A stretch of DNA of 31,869 bases from Myxococcales bacterium. Its GTDB lineage: Bacteria > Myxococcota_A > UBA9042 > PHBI01 > JAAZYN01. The translations under genes and the position numbers were made by a program. The notes beneath the pieces were generated by a model, which searched no databases, was not told the DNA's origin, and saw only the letters and a program-made list of their open reading frames with translations. The stretch is taken from contig JAAZYN010000001.1 in assembly GCA_014239625.1 (NCBI GenBank), forward strand, positions 1 to 31,869, read 5' to 3'. Below, in pieces: positions 13,582 to 20,464 of this stretch. Every line of letters starts with the position of its first letter. Position 1 is the first letter of the stretch.

Positions 13582-14860
13582 CGCGATGGAGGTCGCAGTC
13601 GAGCCCAGAGAGCGCGCGGCGCTCGTGGTGCAGCCATCAGCCGACGTGGGGCTGACGAAGGACCCCGACGAACTGCTCGACGACGCGGGCAAGGCGGCGA
13701 AGGCGCTAATGGGTGTGATGACCAAGCAGGACGACAAGGTCATGATGGGCGGCAAGCAGTACTTGGAATACAACCACTGGCAGACGGTGGGGCACTTCTA
13801 CGGCGTGACCGCGCGCATCGTTCGCACGCAGTTTGTTCATCTCGCGCTAGGCGACGAGGTTATCACCGGCTGGGAGGCGACCGCCGACGCCCTGGCGCCT
13901 GATGGCCGCGTGCTGTCGAGCGCTGACGCCATGTGCATGACCGACGAGGAGAAGTGGGGCGCCCGTCCGAAGTACGCCTGGTGCTACTTGCTGAAGGGCA
14001 TGCCGGCCGAGCAGGACAGCTCGTACGTCGAGGAGGACCCCGGCCCCGACAAGATCACCTGGCCCGAGACGCGGCCGGCTGATGGCTCGAAGAACCGGCC
14101 CATCAAGAAGCGCATGCTCATCGGAACCGAAAAGGTGCCCACGTTCCAGCTCCGCTCGATGGCGCAGACCAGAGCATGCGCGAAGGCGCTCCGTAACGTG
14201 CTGGGCTGGGTCGCGGTCATGGCCGGCTATAGCGCCACGCCGGCCGAGGAGTTGTCCGCCAGCCAGCGCGAATCGCCTGGGCGAATTGGCCCTGAGTCTG
14301 GACCGACCAGGCCCGCATCTGCGCCGGCAGCTCGCGCGACGTCGCCCACCGAGATCGCGGGCTACGAGCTCACCGAGACATCGGGTGTCCTGCTCGACGT
14401 GGAGACCGGCGCGCAGTTCACACTGCCGGCCGGCGCCTCGCTCATCACCAAGCTGCTGATTGCCGGCGGCAAGCGCCCCAACCGCATCACGTTCACGAAG
14501 TTCAAGGACGCCAGCTCCGTCGAGCTGGTGAGCATCGAGACGACTGTCTGGCCGTGGAAGAAGGAGGGGGACTACGACTGGACGAAGGTGTGTCAGCCGT
14601 TGCACGAGAATCGCACGCCCGTGAAGGTCACCACCAAGAAAGCCGAGAACGGCCAGTACGTCAACTGGCTGCTCACCAGCGTGGCGCCCTGGTCGGGCAC
14701 GGAGTCGATGACCTCGACGTCGGAGCTGGCAGGAGCCACGAAGCTGCCGCCGGTCGAGAAGGTCGCGCAGCCGACTGCTGATGAGGTATTCGGCGGCTCG
14801 CCGGTTGAGCGATTCCCAGACGGCGCCCCCAAGGTTTTGGAGGACGACATTCCATTCTGA
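13547..14860 (+). CDS. Putative single-strand annealing recombinase (Rad52/Sak-like fold) with extra C-terminal domain and SSB-like DDIPF tail
   Basis: GGAGGAG RBS. GKQY..Y.HW...G, GWEATA, ADAMC..DE.KW and SMAQTRACAKALR...GYSATPAEE match a common phage annealing-protein pattern. The protein ends in EDDIPF. Confidence 0.65.
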   Translation: MNDQEPPVETVDAMEVAVEPRERAALVVQPSADVGLTKDPDELLDDAGKAAKALMGVMTKQDDKVMMGGKQYLEYNHWQTVGHFYGVTARIVRTQFVHLALGDEVITGWEATADALAPDGRVLSSADAMCMTDEEKWGARPKYAWCYLLKGMPAEQDSSYVEEDPGPDKITWPETRPADGSKNRPIKKRMLIGTEKVPTFQLRSMAQTRACAKALRNVLGWVAVMAGYSATPAEELSASQRESPGRIGPESGPTRPASAPAARATSPTEIAGYELTETSGVLLDVETGAQFTLPAGASLITKLLIAGGKRPNRITFTKFKDASSVELVSIETTVWPWKKEGDYDWTKVCQPLHENRTPVKVTTKKAENGQYVNWLLTSVAPWSGTESMTSTSELAGATKLPPVEKVAQPTADEVFGGSPVERFPDGAPKVLEDDIPF

Positions 14861-14975
14861 AAGCTAGGTACGGGGCGGTGGTAAGAACAACCACACAAAC
14901 AGCATTCTGTAGGTTGAGAAATCGAGTCGTCAAGCCCCTATTTGTAGTGGTGTAAGGAGAGGACGGCACAAGCGA
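14861..14975. promoter_or_regulatory. AT-enriched intergenic region, candidate promoter or origin
   Basis: 58/115 G+C by hand count, clearly below the flanks. TTGAGA at 14914. Near-inverted repeat ACCACACAAA (14890-14899) / TTTGTAGTGGT (14941-14951). Confidence 0.35.
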
Positions 14976-15449
14976 ATGGAGATGGAGGGTACTGGCGCGG
15001 GCAGTACACCAGATGTGCTCACGCCGGCATTTATTTTGGAGCTGTGGAACGCGTCGGTGTCGCTGCCGATTCGACCTGGGCGCATGACCGACCTCCGTGA
15101 GCGCGAACTCTTGGATCGCATCAAAGAGACGCCGAACATCAACGATTGGCGCGAGGCCATCGCGATCATCGCCGACAGTGAGTTCTGCAACGGTGAGAAC
15201 GAGCGCGGGTGGGTGGCTAATTTTCGGACGTGGTTTTGTATCCGTCCAAACGCCATTCCGAACGCGCTGGGAGGCACCTACGACACGCACTACGGGCGTC
15301 AAGAGCTGGAGCAGGCGGCAGCGGTGCGCTCGCGTCTTGGGTGGGGGCGCTACTGCCAGCACGAGCCAACGTGCGAGGATTCAACAGCATGCCTGACGCG
15401 CATTGCGCGCCGGCTTCGTCAACAGCGCTGGAGGGAGGGAATGAGATGA
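14976..15449 (+). CDS. Replication initiator (lambda O/replisome-organiser-like) C-terminal domain protein
   Basis: ILELWN...LP.....TD.R...L..R.......W......I..SEFCNGENERGWVANF.W.......ALGG.YD resembles the conserved C-terminal domain of phage initiators. C-terminal CQHEPTC...C motif. Confidence 0.65.
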   Translation: MEMEGTGAGSTPDVLTPAFILELWNASVSLPIRPGRMTDLRERELLDRIKETPNINDWREAIAIIADSEFCNGENERGWVANFRTWFCIRPNAIPNALGGTYDTHYGRQELEQAAAVRSRLGWGRYCQHEPTCEDSTACLTRIARRLRQQRWREGMR

Positions 15450-15595
15450 CCGATAACCCGTGGACGGCGGAGCCGGGCGGACTGTGGCACGAGCATCAAG
15501 CGCTGACCAGGGACGACGACGACATGGGGCTTAGACCTCACGACGACGTTCAAGACGACGGGGACTACGACTCGGACGACCGGTACGAAGACTAG
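15446..15595 (+). CDS. Very acidic small protein (49 aa)
   Basis: ATGA overlap and GGAGGGA RBS; 17 of 49 residues are D/E. Confidence 0.55.
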   Translation: MTDNPWTAEPGGLWHEHQALTRDDDDMGLRPHDDVQDDGDYDSDDRYED

Positions 15596-15621
15596 CTAGG
15601 GCTCGTGGAGGACGAAGACCG

Positions 15622-15885
15622 ATGATTCATATCGCAGCGATCGTGTGTGGCGTGTCGGCCGTGCTGTTGTTCGTGGCCGGCTTCCATCTGCGGAGCGCGA
15701 CCTTGGAGAACGGTCAACTGCTCCAGCTCGTGCGGACTCAGGCCGGCACCATCAAAATGCAACGGGACACGATCGCTCGGCAGAAGTCGACGATCGACAC
15801 GCAGGCGAAGACGATCGCGATCAAGAACTCATCGCTGGGCACGGCCATCGAGATCATCGGAGAGATGGAGGAGCTGGGCCGATGA
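15622..15885 (+). CDS. Membrane-anchored coiled-coil protein (87 aa)
   Basis: GGAGGA RBS; N-terminal TM IAAIVCGVSAVLLFVAG; 7-residue periodic TI..Q..TI repeats. Confidence 0.65.
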   Translation: MIHIAAIVCGVSAVLLFVAGFHLRSATLENGQLLQLVRTQAGTIKMQRDTIARQKSTIDTQAKTIAIKNSSLGTAIEIIGEMEELGR

Positions 15886-16121
15886 AGGTCTGGCTCGTGG
15901 TGGCCATCATTGCGGCTGGCGTGCTGACCGCGCTCGACCGCAACCGCATCAAGGTTGAGCGTGACGAGCTGGTCGCGTCTCGGTCCGCCCTGCAACGCTC
16001 GCTCGACGACCAGATTCAGGGGAACCGCGACCTGGTCAAGCTGAATACCTGGCTGCTCGACCGCAACGAGCTGCTCGAAAAGCTCTATTCACTCACCACG
16101 CTTGAAGGAGACACACGATGA
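15882..16121 (+). CDS. Membrane-anchored coiled-coil protein (79 aa)
   Basis: ATGA overlap and GGAGGAG RBS; MKVWLVVAIIAAGVLTAL TM segment followed by a coiled coil. Confidence 0.65.
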   Translation: MKVWLVVAIIAAGVLTALDRNRIKVERDELVASRSALQRSLDDQIQGNRDLVKLNTWLLDRNELLEKLYSLTTLEGDTR

Positions 16122-16750
16122 GAAGCACTTGGCGACCCCGTGGCACGTACCTGACCGTCGTTCCGTTGTTGGAGGCGCACGTCAGCGCGGCCGGCAGCAT
16201 CATCATCCCCGAGGCCGTCAAGAAGAAGCCCTACATGGGCATCGTGTCGGCGGTCCCGCCCTGGCCGTGGTGGAAGCACCTGGTCGGGCTCAGGGTGGCG
16301 AACGTCGGCGACCTCATCGGCTTCAGCCAGTACGCCGGCCAGCCGTTTGACCAGCGCGACGGCGGCGACGAAGTGTTGATGGTGCAATCCATCGAGGTCA
16401 TCGTCGTCAAGCGCAAGGGCTCGTTTCAGCTCGTCACGCACCAGCTCGACGAGGGCCGCACCGCACAGCACGTTGAGGGCTACCTCTGCGAGCACTGCCT
16501 GGTCTCTGTGGGCGCGCTGGCTGATGAGACGTCGGCGATTCAGCGGCTCGCGGTGGCGGACGAGGAGGACCAGGCCGAGGCGCATCAAGCGAAAGAGGAC
16601 GCCGCCGAGGGCAAGCGCCGGCTCGCTCGCATCCGTGAGGAGGTTCGCGAGGACCAGCGTGCGATGAGTAAGTCAGAAGGGCGACCCACATGGACCGTGC
16701 CGCCGGCGGTGGCGGAGCTGACCGATAGGGAGCGTTCTGGCGATGACTGA
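16118..16750 (+). CDS. groES: GroES/Cpn10-like co-chaperonin with a long C-terminal extension
   Basis: RPRGTYLTV...GSIIIPEAVKKKP..G.V.AV...VANVGDLIGFSQYAG...DEVLMVQSIEVIVV aligns with the GroES consensus. About 110 extra residues follow, including CEHC. Confidence 0.75.
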   Translation: MRSTWRPRGTYLTVVPLLEAHVSAAGSIIIPEAVKKKPYMGIVSAVPPWPWWKHLVGLRVANVGDLIGFSQYAGQPFDQRDGGDEVLMVQSIEVIVVKRKGSFQLVTHQLDEGRTAQHVEGYLCEHCLVSVGALADETSAIQRLAVADEEDQAEAHQAKEDAAEGKRRLARIREEVREDQRAMSKSEGRPTWTVPPAVAELTDRERSGDD

Positions 16751-16985
16751 GCGTTGCCGGACGCCCGGCTGCTACCGACCAGAAACCAACAGCCTGGGCA
16801 CCTGTTGCGTGATGTGCGGTGCGTACACGGATAGCGGAGCCAACACCGCTACTCACACGACGAAATGCGAGAGGGACCATGCCGAGAACCGACTGGGTGC
16901 GGGGGCTGATCACGCAACTGATTTACGCGGGGTTGCTCGACCAAAGTTCGGCACAGGACGCGGCACGCCCACCGCTGGAACGTGA
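16743..16985 (+). CDS. Cys-rich hypothetical protein
   Basis: Start overlaps the previous stop; CRTPGC...CCVMC...H..C. The C-terminal part overlaps the next gene by 107 nt, which lowers confidence. Confidence 0.4.
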   Translation: MTERCRTPGCYRPETNSLGTCCVMCGAYTDSGANTATHTTKCERDHAENRLGAGADHATDLRGVARPKFGTGRGTPTAGT

Positions 16986-17334
16986 GCAGCCGTGGCCACC
17001 GCTCCGCGTGGTGCGGACGAAGGGCAGCACCGAATACCGGTTCCACCCGAAGCGGCGCTGGCGCTTCGACCTGGTGCTCGAACTGACGACGCTCCCGCCG
17101 ATCAGGGTGGGGGCGCCGCCGCCCCGGATCGCCGTCGAGATGGAGGGTCTGGTCTGGGCGACCGGCGGTAAGTCTCGGCACACGACGCCGGCCGGCTACA
17201 CGAAGGATTGCGAAAAGTATGCGGAGGCGCTCATCATGGGGTGGCGCGTGCTCCGGGTCACGCAAGGCCAGGTCAAGGACGGCAGCGCGGCGGAGTGGGT
17301 CCGTAGGCTGTTTCAATTACCCGAGTCGCGCTAG
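16879..17334 (+). CDS. PD-(D/E)xK (Vsr/DUF559-like) endonuclease
   Basis: EYRFHPKRRWRFD...IAVEMEG...RHT...GY.KDCEKY..A...GWRVLRVT is the classic phage Vsr-like pattern. GAGGGA RBS before ATG 16879. Confidence 0.8.
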   Translation: MPRTDWVRGLITQLIYAGLLDQSSAQDAARPPLEREQPWPPLRVVRTKGSTEYRFHPKRRWRFDLVLELTTLPPIRVGAPPPRIAVEMEGLVWATGGKSRHTTPAGYTKDCEKYAEALIMGWRVLRVTQGQVKDGSAAEWVRRLFQLPESR

Positions 17335-17344
17335 GATGAGCCAC

Positions 17345-17593
17345 ATGGACCGCCGCACGTTCATCAAGGCCACTGCCGGGCTCCTGGTCGCCGGGGCCAC
17401 AGCTCGAACCGCCGCCGCGCCCGGCCGGCTCACCTTCATGGGCCGTCCTGTGGTGGCCGACCCTTGCGCGCCTCGTGGTGTCATGTATTTCTACGACGAG
17501 TGCGCGGCGATCACGCCAGAGCAGTGGCGACTCCTCCTCCGGCGACAGCGGGAATACAACGCCGCCGTCAACGCGTTCAACGACCATGCCTGA
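17345..17593 (+). CDS. Small protein with twin-arginine (Tat-like) signal
   Basis: MDRRTFIKATAGLLVAG...AAA matches (S/T)RRxFLK plus a hydrophobic h-region. Alternative start at 17336. Confidence 0.6.
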   Translation: MDRRTFIKATAGLLVAGATARTAAAPGRLTFMGRPVVADPCAPRGVMYFYDECAAITPEQWRLLLRRQREYNAAVNAFNDHA

Positions 17594-18149
17594 TCCGTTC
17601 GTCTTCCTGCCTGACACGCTCGTGGTCTCCGAGGAGGCCATTGACGAGGTCATCCCTGCCGTGCAGCAGTACGAGGAGCACGCCCACACCGTTGGCGCCG
17701 CCTTTGGTGTCTACCTCCAAGAGATTCAGCCCGTGCTACACGGGACGCCATGTGCTGCCCACGTTCGCGTGCCGCGCCACCAGGGACCGGGCGCCGTCGC
17801 TGATCGGTTCCACCCGGCTATGGCGTTTCGTCGCTGGTTCGACGGCGCCATGCCGCAGTTCATCATCACCATCGACGCCGCGCTCTGGCGCGACTTCGAC
17901 GCCTCTCGCCGGGAATGCCTTGTCAGTCACGAGTTGCTCCACATCCAGCCCGTTCTGAACGACCACGGGATTCTGAAGCTCAACAAGGATGGGACGCCTA
18001 TGCTCGAACTGAAAGAGGCCCACGATACGGAGGTTTTTGACAGTGAAATCATCAGATGGGGGCCAGGGTTCCTTGGTCTCGAACACCACTGCACCACCCT
18101 CGCCGAAGGTCTCGCCAGAGAACAACGTCGCGGGCTCAAGCTCGCGTGA
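17586..18149 (+). CDS. Putative phage metallopeptidase (HExxH)
   Basis: FIITID...W......RECLVSHELLHI...L...HDTEVF...I.RWG pattern. The start at 17586 overlaps the previous stop. Confidence 0.75.
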   Translation: MPDPFVFLPDTLVVSEEAIDEVIPAVQQYEEHAHTVGAAFGVYLQEIQPVLHGTPCAAHVRVPRHQGPGAVADRFHPAMAFRRWFDGAMPQFIITIDAALWRDFDASRRECLVSHELLHIQPVLNDHGILKLNKDGTPMLELKEAHDTEVFDSEIIRWGPGFLGLEHHCTTLAEGLAREQRRGLKLA

Positions 18150-18351
18150 CGCGGGCGCCGACTGGAAACACGCGGGCGTCGGCTACATCTGGTGCTCCGC
18201 GTGTGGAGAGAGCGTCTCCGAGGGCGAATGCGTCTGTGACGAGGACCACCGTATCTGGCCGCTCTACTGCCTGAGCTGCCGCAAGGTTCGTCTACCGTGG
18301 CCGCAGGGTGGCGGCTGGTGCGCGTGCCCGCTTGGGGGTGCTGCCTCGTGA
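18043..18351 (+). CDS. Cys-rich zinc-finger-like hypothetical protein
   Basis: CSAC, CVC, CLSC, CAC motifs. GGAGG (18029-18033) precedes an in-frame GTG at 18043. It overlaps the upstream gene by 107 nt, so the start is uncertain. Confidence 0.4.
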   Translation: MKSSDGGQGSLVSNTTAPPSPKVSPENNVAGSSSRDAGADWKHAGVGYIWCSACGESVSEGECVCDEDHRIWPLYCLSCRKVRLPWPQGGGWCACPLGGAAS

Positions 18352-18650
18352 CCGCTCAGCGGTGGGAGGAGTGGCCGCTCCGCAAGTATCAGGACACCCC
18401 GGAGACGCACGTTTCGGTCGACGCGGTCCGCCTCCTGCTCCAGCTCGAGGAATTGGAAATCCCTTGCACCATCATCGCCGGCAGTTTCGTCGCGCACCGC
18501 GACCCACCCACTGAGCTGCAACCATTGTTCGGCCGGCGCGGCATGAAGCGCGAGTTGAAGCTGCTCGTGCGCTACTGCGACCAGGCGCCCGACGTCGCGA
18601 CGATGGAGAAGGTCTGGGCCTGGCTCGCTGAAGGAGGTCAATCGGTATGA
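18348..18650 (+). CDS. Hypothetical protein (100 aa)
   Basis: GTGA overlap on the 5' side and ATGA on the 3' side; globular composition. Confidence 0.6.
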   Translation: MTAQRWEEWPLRKYQDTPETHVSVDAVRLLLQLEELEIPCTIIAGSFVAHRDPPTELQPLFGRRGMKRELKLLVRYCDQAPDVATMEKVWAWLAEGGQSV

Positions 18651-18988
18651 CACAACCGCATTTCAACGGTCCAGCGTACGACCCGCGAGTAGACCTTGAC
18701 CGGTTGACGAAGCAGATTGGGCGCGTCTACTCGTCAATGACAAGCGGGGTGCCTGGTCAGCGACGACCGGGTGAGTGGGGTCGCTGCTGGCTCACGCTGG
18801 GCGAGCTGGCGGCGTCAACGGGTGACCCTGAGAGCAGCGTGAGCGCGCAACTCCGCCACCTTCGCAAAGCGCGCTTTGGCGGGTTCATCGTGTCCAGGCG
18901 GCATCGCGGCAAACGCTCGTCCGGGCTCTGGGAGTACCAGCTCAACGACCCACCGGAGCCACAGCCCGATCCGGGGAGGTTGTTTTGA
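18647..18988 (+). CDS. Winged helix-turn-helix DNA-binding protein
   Basis: AAGGAGGT RBS; WLTLGELAASTGDPESSVSAQLRHLRK..FGG..V.RR.RG....LWEY. Confidence 0.7.
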   Translation: MTQPHFNGPAYDPRVDLDRLTKQIGRVYSSMTSGVPGQRRPGEWGRCWLTLGELAASTGDPESSVSAQLRHLRKARFGGFIVSRRHRGKRSSGLWEYQLNDPPEPQPDPGRLF

Positions 18989-19407
18989 TTTCACAGAAGG
19001 AGCTACGCCTCAAACGCCGGCAGCTCGCCGAGGACAGTCGACAGTACGGGCACGTCATGCAGTCCATCGACGTGACGCCGGCCGTCGTCGCGGGTCAAGC
19101 GGCGGGCATCACCAATCCGCCCAAAGCCGCCTGGCGGTCGCGCGGGTTCCTGGCGCAGCTCTTTCGAGACCGCATCTCCGGGCACATGCGTCTGAGTATC
19201 CAGAAAACCACGCTCCAGAACAACGGCAACTGGGACGAGGGCATCACCTGGGAGCAGCTCATGACCATCAAGGACCAGTGTGGCTACGGGCGCATCTGGG
19301 CCGTCGAGGTCTTCCCGTCCAACGCTGACGTCGTCAACGTGGCCAGCATGCGGCACCTGTGGCTGCTCGACACCGTGCCGTCGTATGGCTGGAGTCGCGA
19401 CCGGTGA
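18985..19407 (+). CDS. Conserved phage hypothetical protein (ITWxxL..IK...AVEVFP....V.VA.MRHLW family)
   Basis: TTGA overlap; motif pattern recognised from a widespread phage family of unknown function. Confidence 0.7.
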   Translation: MISQKELRLKRRQLAEDSRQYGHVMQSIDVTPAVVAGQAAGITNPPKAAWRSRGFLAQLFRDRISGHMRLSIQKTTLQNNGNWDEGITWEQLMTIKDQCGYGRIWAVEVFPSNADVVNVASMRHLWLLDTVPSYGWSRDR

Positions 19408-20027
19408 AGCTGACCACAAAACCGACCTACGGCATGCGTCCGACGCCCGCGCTCGGCGCCCTGCCGCCCAACGGAGCCGGCGCGCCCAAGCGGCGTCAAA
19501 CGGCACCGAAATCTGCCCGAAAGGTCCCGTCGAAACTACAGTACCGATTCGGCCTGGTCCTGATGGAGGAGCTGGGCAAGCTCAGACCGCAGCTCAGCGA
19601 CCGACAATTGGCAGAGAAGGCCGGCATCAACCGACACACGCTCACGAGCTGGCGCCGAAAGCCGGCGTTCGTGGACTGGCTGAGCGCCTTTCTGAGTAGC
19701 CGTCTCGACCCGCTGTGGGCCGCAGGTATGGTCAGAATGGGCGTACTCGCGTCTCAGGGCTCCGCTGAGCACTTCAAAGCACTCGGACAGGCAATGGGCC
19801 ACATCGGCTCGGGAGGCGGTCGTATGGCCGTTTCTGTGGGCGGAGGGACCACTCCAGCAGCCGAGGCCGGCGACCAGGCTCGACCGTGGGTCATCAGCCA
19901 CATTCCGAGGCCGCTGAGCGACTACGAGACATTGCCGGACATCGTTGTGGCGAAACAGGATGGAGACCCGGACCTAGAGCGGCCGATCGACCCGCTCGCC
20001 ACCATGAAGGAGAGAGACCGTGGATGA
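19404..20027 (+). CDS. HTH protein, putative terminase small subunit
   Basis: GTGA overlap; LSDRQLAEKAGINRHTLTSWRRKPAF HTH followed by helical A..GS.....L...G and a low-complexity tail; lies upstream of terL. Confidence 0.55.
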   Translation: MKLTTKPTYGMRPTPALGALPPNGAGAPKRRQTAPKSARKVPSKLQYRFGLVLMEELGKLRPQLSDRQLAEKAGINRHTLTSWRRKPAFVDWLSAFLSSRLDPLWAAGMVRMGVLASQGSAEHFKALGQAMGHIGSGGGRMAVSVGGGTTPAAEAGDQARPWVISHIPRPLSDYETLPDIVVAKQDGDPDLERPIDPLATMKERDRG

Positions 20028-20157
20028 AAACATGAGATTCGAGCCGGCGCCGAGTTGCAATTACCTAAAGGTGGCGTTAGCGAGGCGCTCACCGTGCTCG
20101 CCGCGTTCATTGTCTGTGGAGCTCCAGGCTGGCGGAACTGTCAGGTTCCCGGGTTGA
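20020..20157 (+). CDS. Small ORF (45 aa) not in the supplied track
   Basis: AAGGAGAG RBS before GTG 20020; its TGA (20155-20157) overlaps TTG 20154 of the next gene. Confidence 0.35.
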   Translation: MDENMRFEPAPSCNYLKVALARRSPCSPRSLSVELQAGGTVRFPG

Positions 20158-20423
20158 CCGAGAAGGAGGCGTTTACGGTCGACCGCGCGTGGGAGATGTT
20201 CGCCGACCGCGTGTTCGAGCTAGACGACATGGACGCTGAGCAGCAGGAGGCGGCAAAGGTTACGTTCTGCGCGGGCGTCGTCGCCGGACTATCCGGGCTC
20301 GACAACTACATCGAGGGAATGAACCACCGAAACGCCGACATTCGAGCCGGGCTGTTGTCCATCGCGGACTACGTCGAGCGGTGGTCAAGCGAGGCGCTCA
20401 CCGTGCTCGCCGCGTTCATTGTC
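20079..20423 (+). repeat. Exact 36-nt direct repeat (20079-20114 and 20388-20423)
   Basis: AGCGAGGCGCTCACCGTGCTCGCCGCGTTCATTGTC occurs twice. An additional ATTCGAGCCGG occurs at 20037-20047 and 20340-20350. Confidence 0.95.
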
Positions 20424-20450
20424 AAGCACGAGAAATCAGTCATCCACTAG
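20154..20450 (+). CDS. Hypothetical protein (98 aa; the track extends it to 20055)
   Basis: TTGA coupling suggests a start at 20154; helical AWEMFA...AAKVTFCAG core. Confidence 0.55.
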   Translation: MTEKEAFTVDRAWEMFADRVFELDDMDAEQQEAAKVTFCAGVVAGLSGLDNYIEGMNHRNADIRAGLLSIADYVERWSSEALTVLAAFIVKHEKSVIH

Positions 20451-20464
20451 AGGGAGAGAGACAG

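Noticed and set aside
15622-16121. Rz/Rz1 spanin pair
   Set aside because: No lipobox-containing partner is embedded or adjacent, and the genes are remote from the lysis cassette.
20079-20423. 36-nt hairpin-forming repeat as a CRISPR mini-array
   Set aside because: Only two copies, 273 nt between them, the intervening DNA is coding, and no cas genes or leader are present.
20037-20423. Diversity-generating retroelement TR/VR pair
   Set aside because: The copies are identical at adenines, the shared block is short, and no reverse transcriptase is present in the window.
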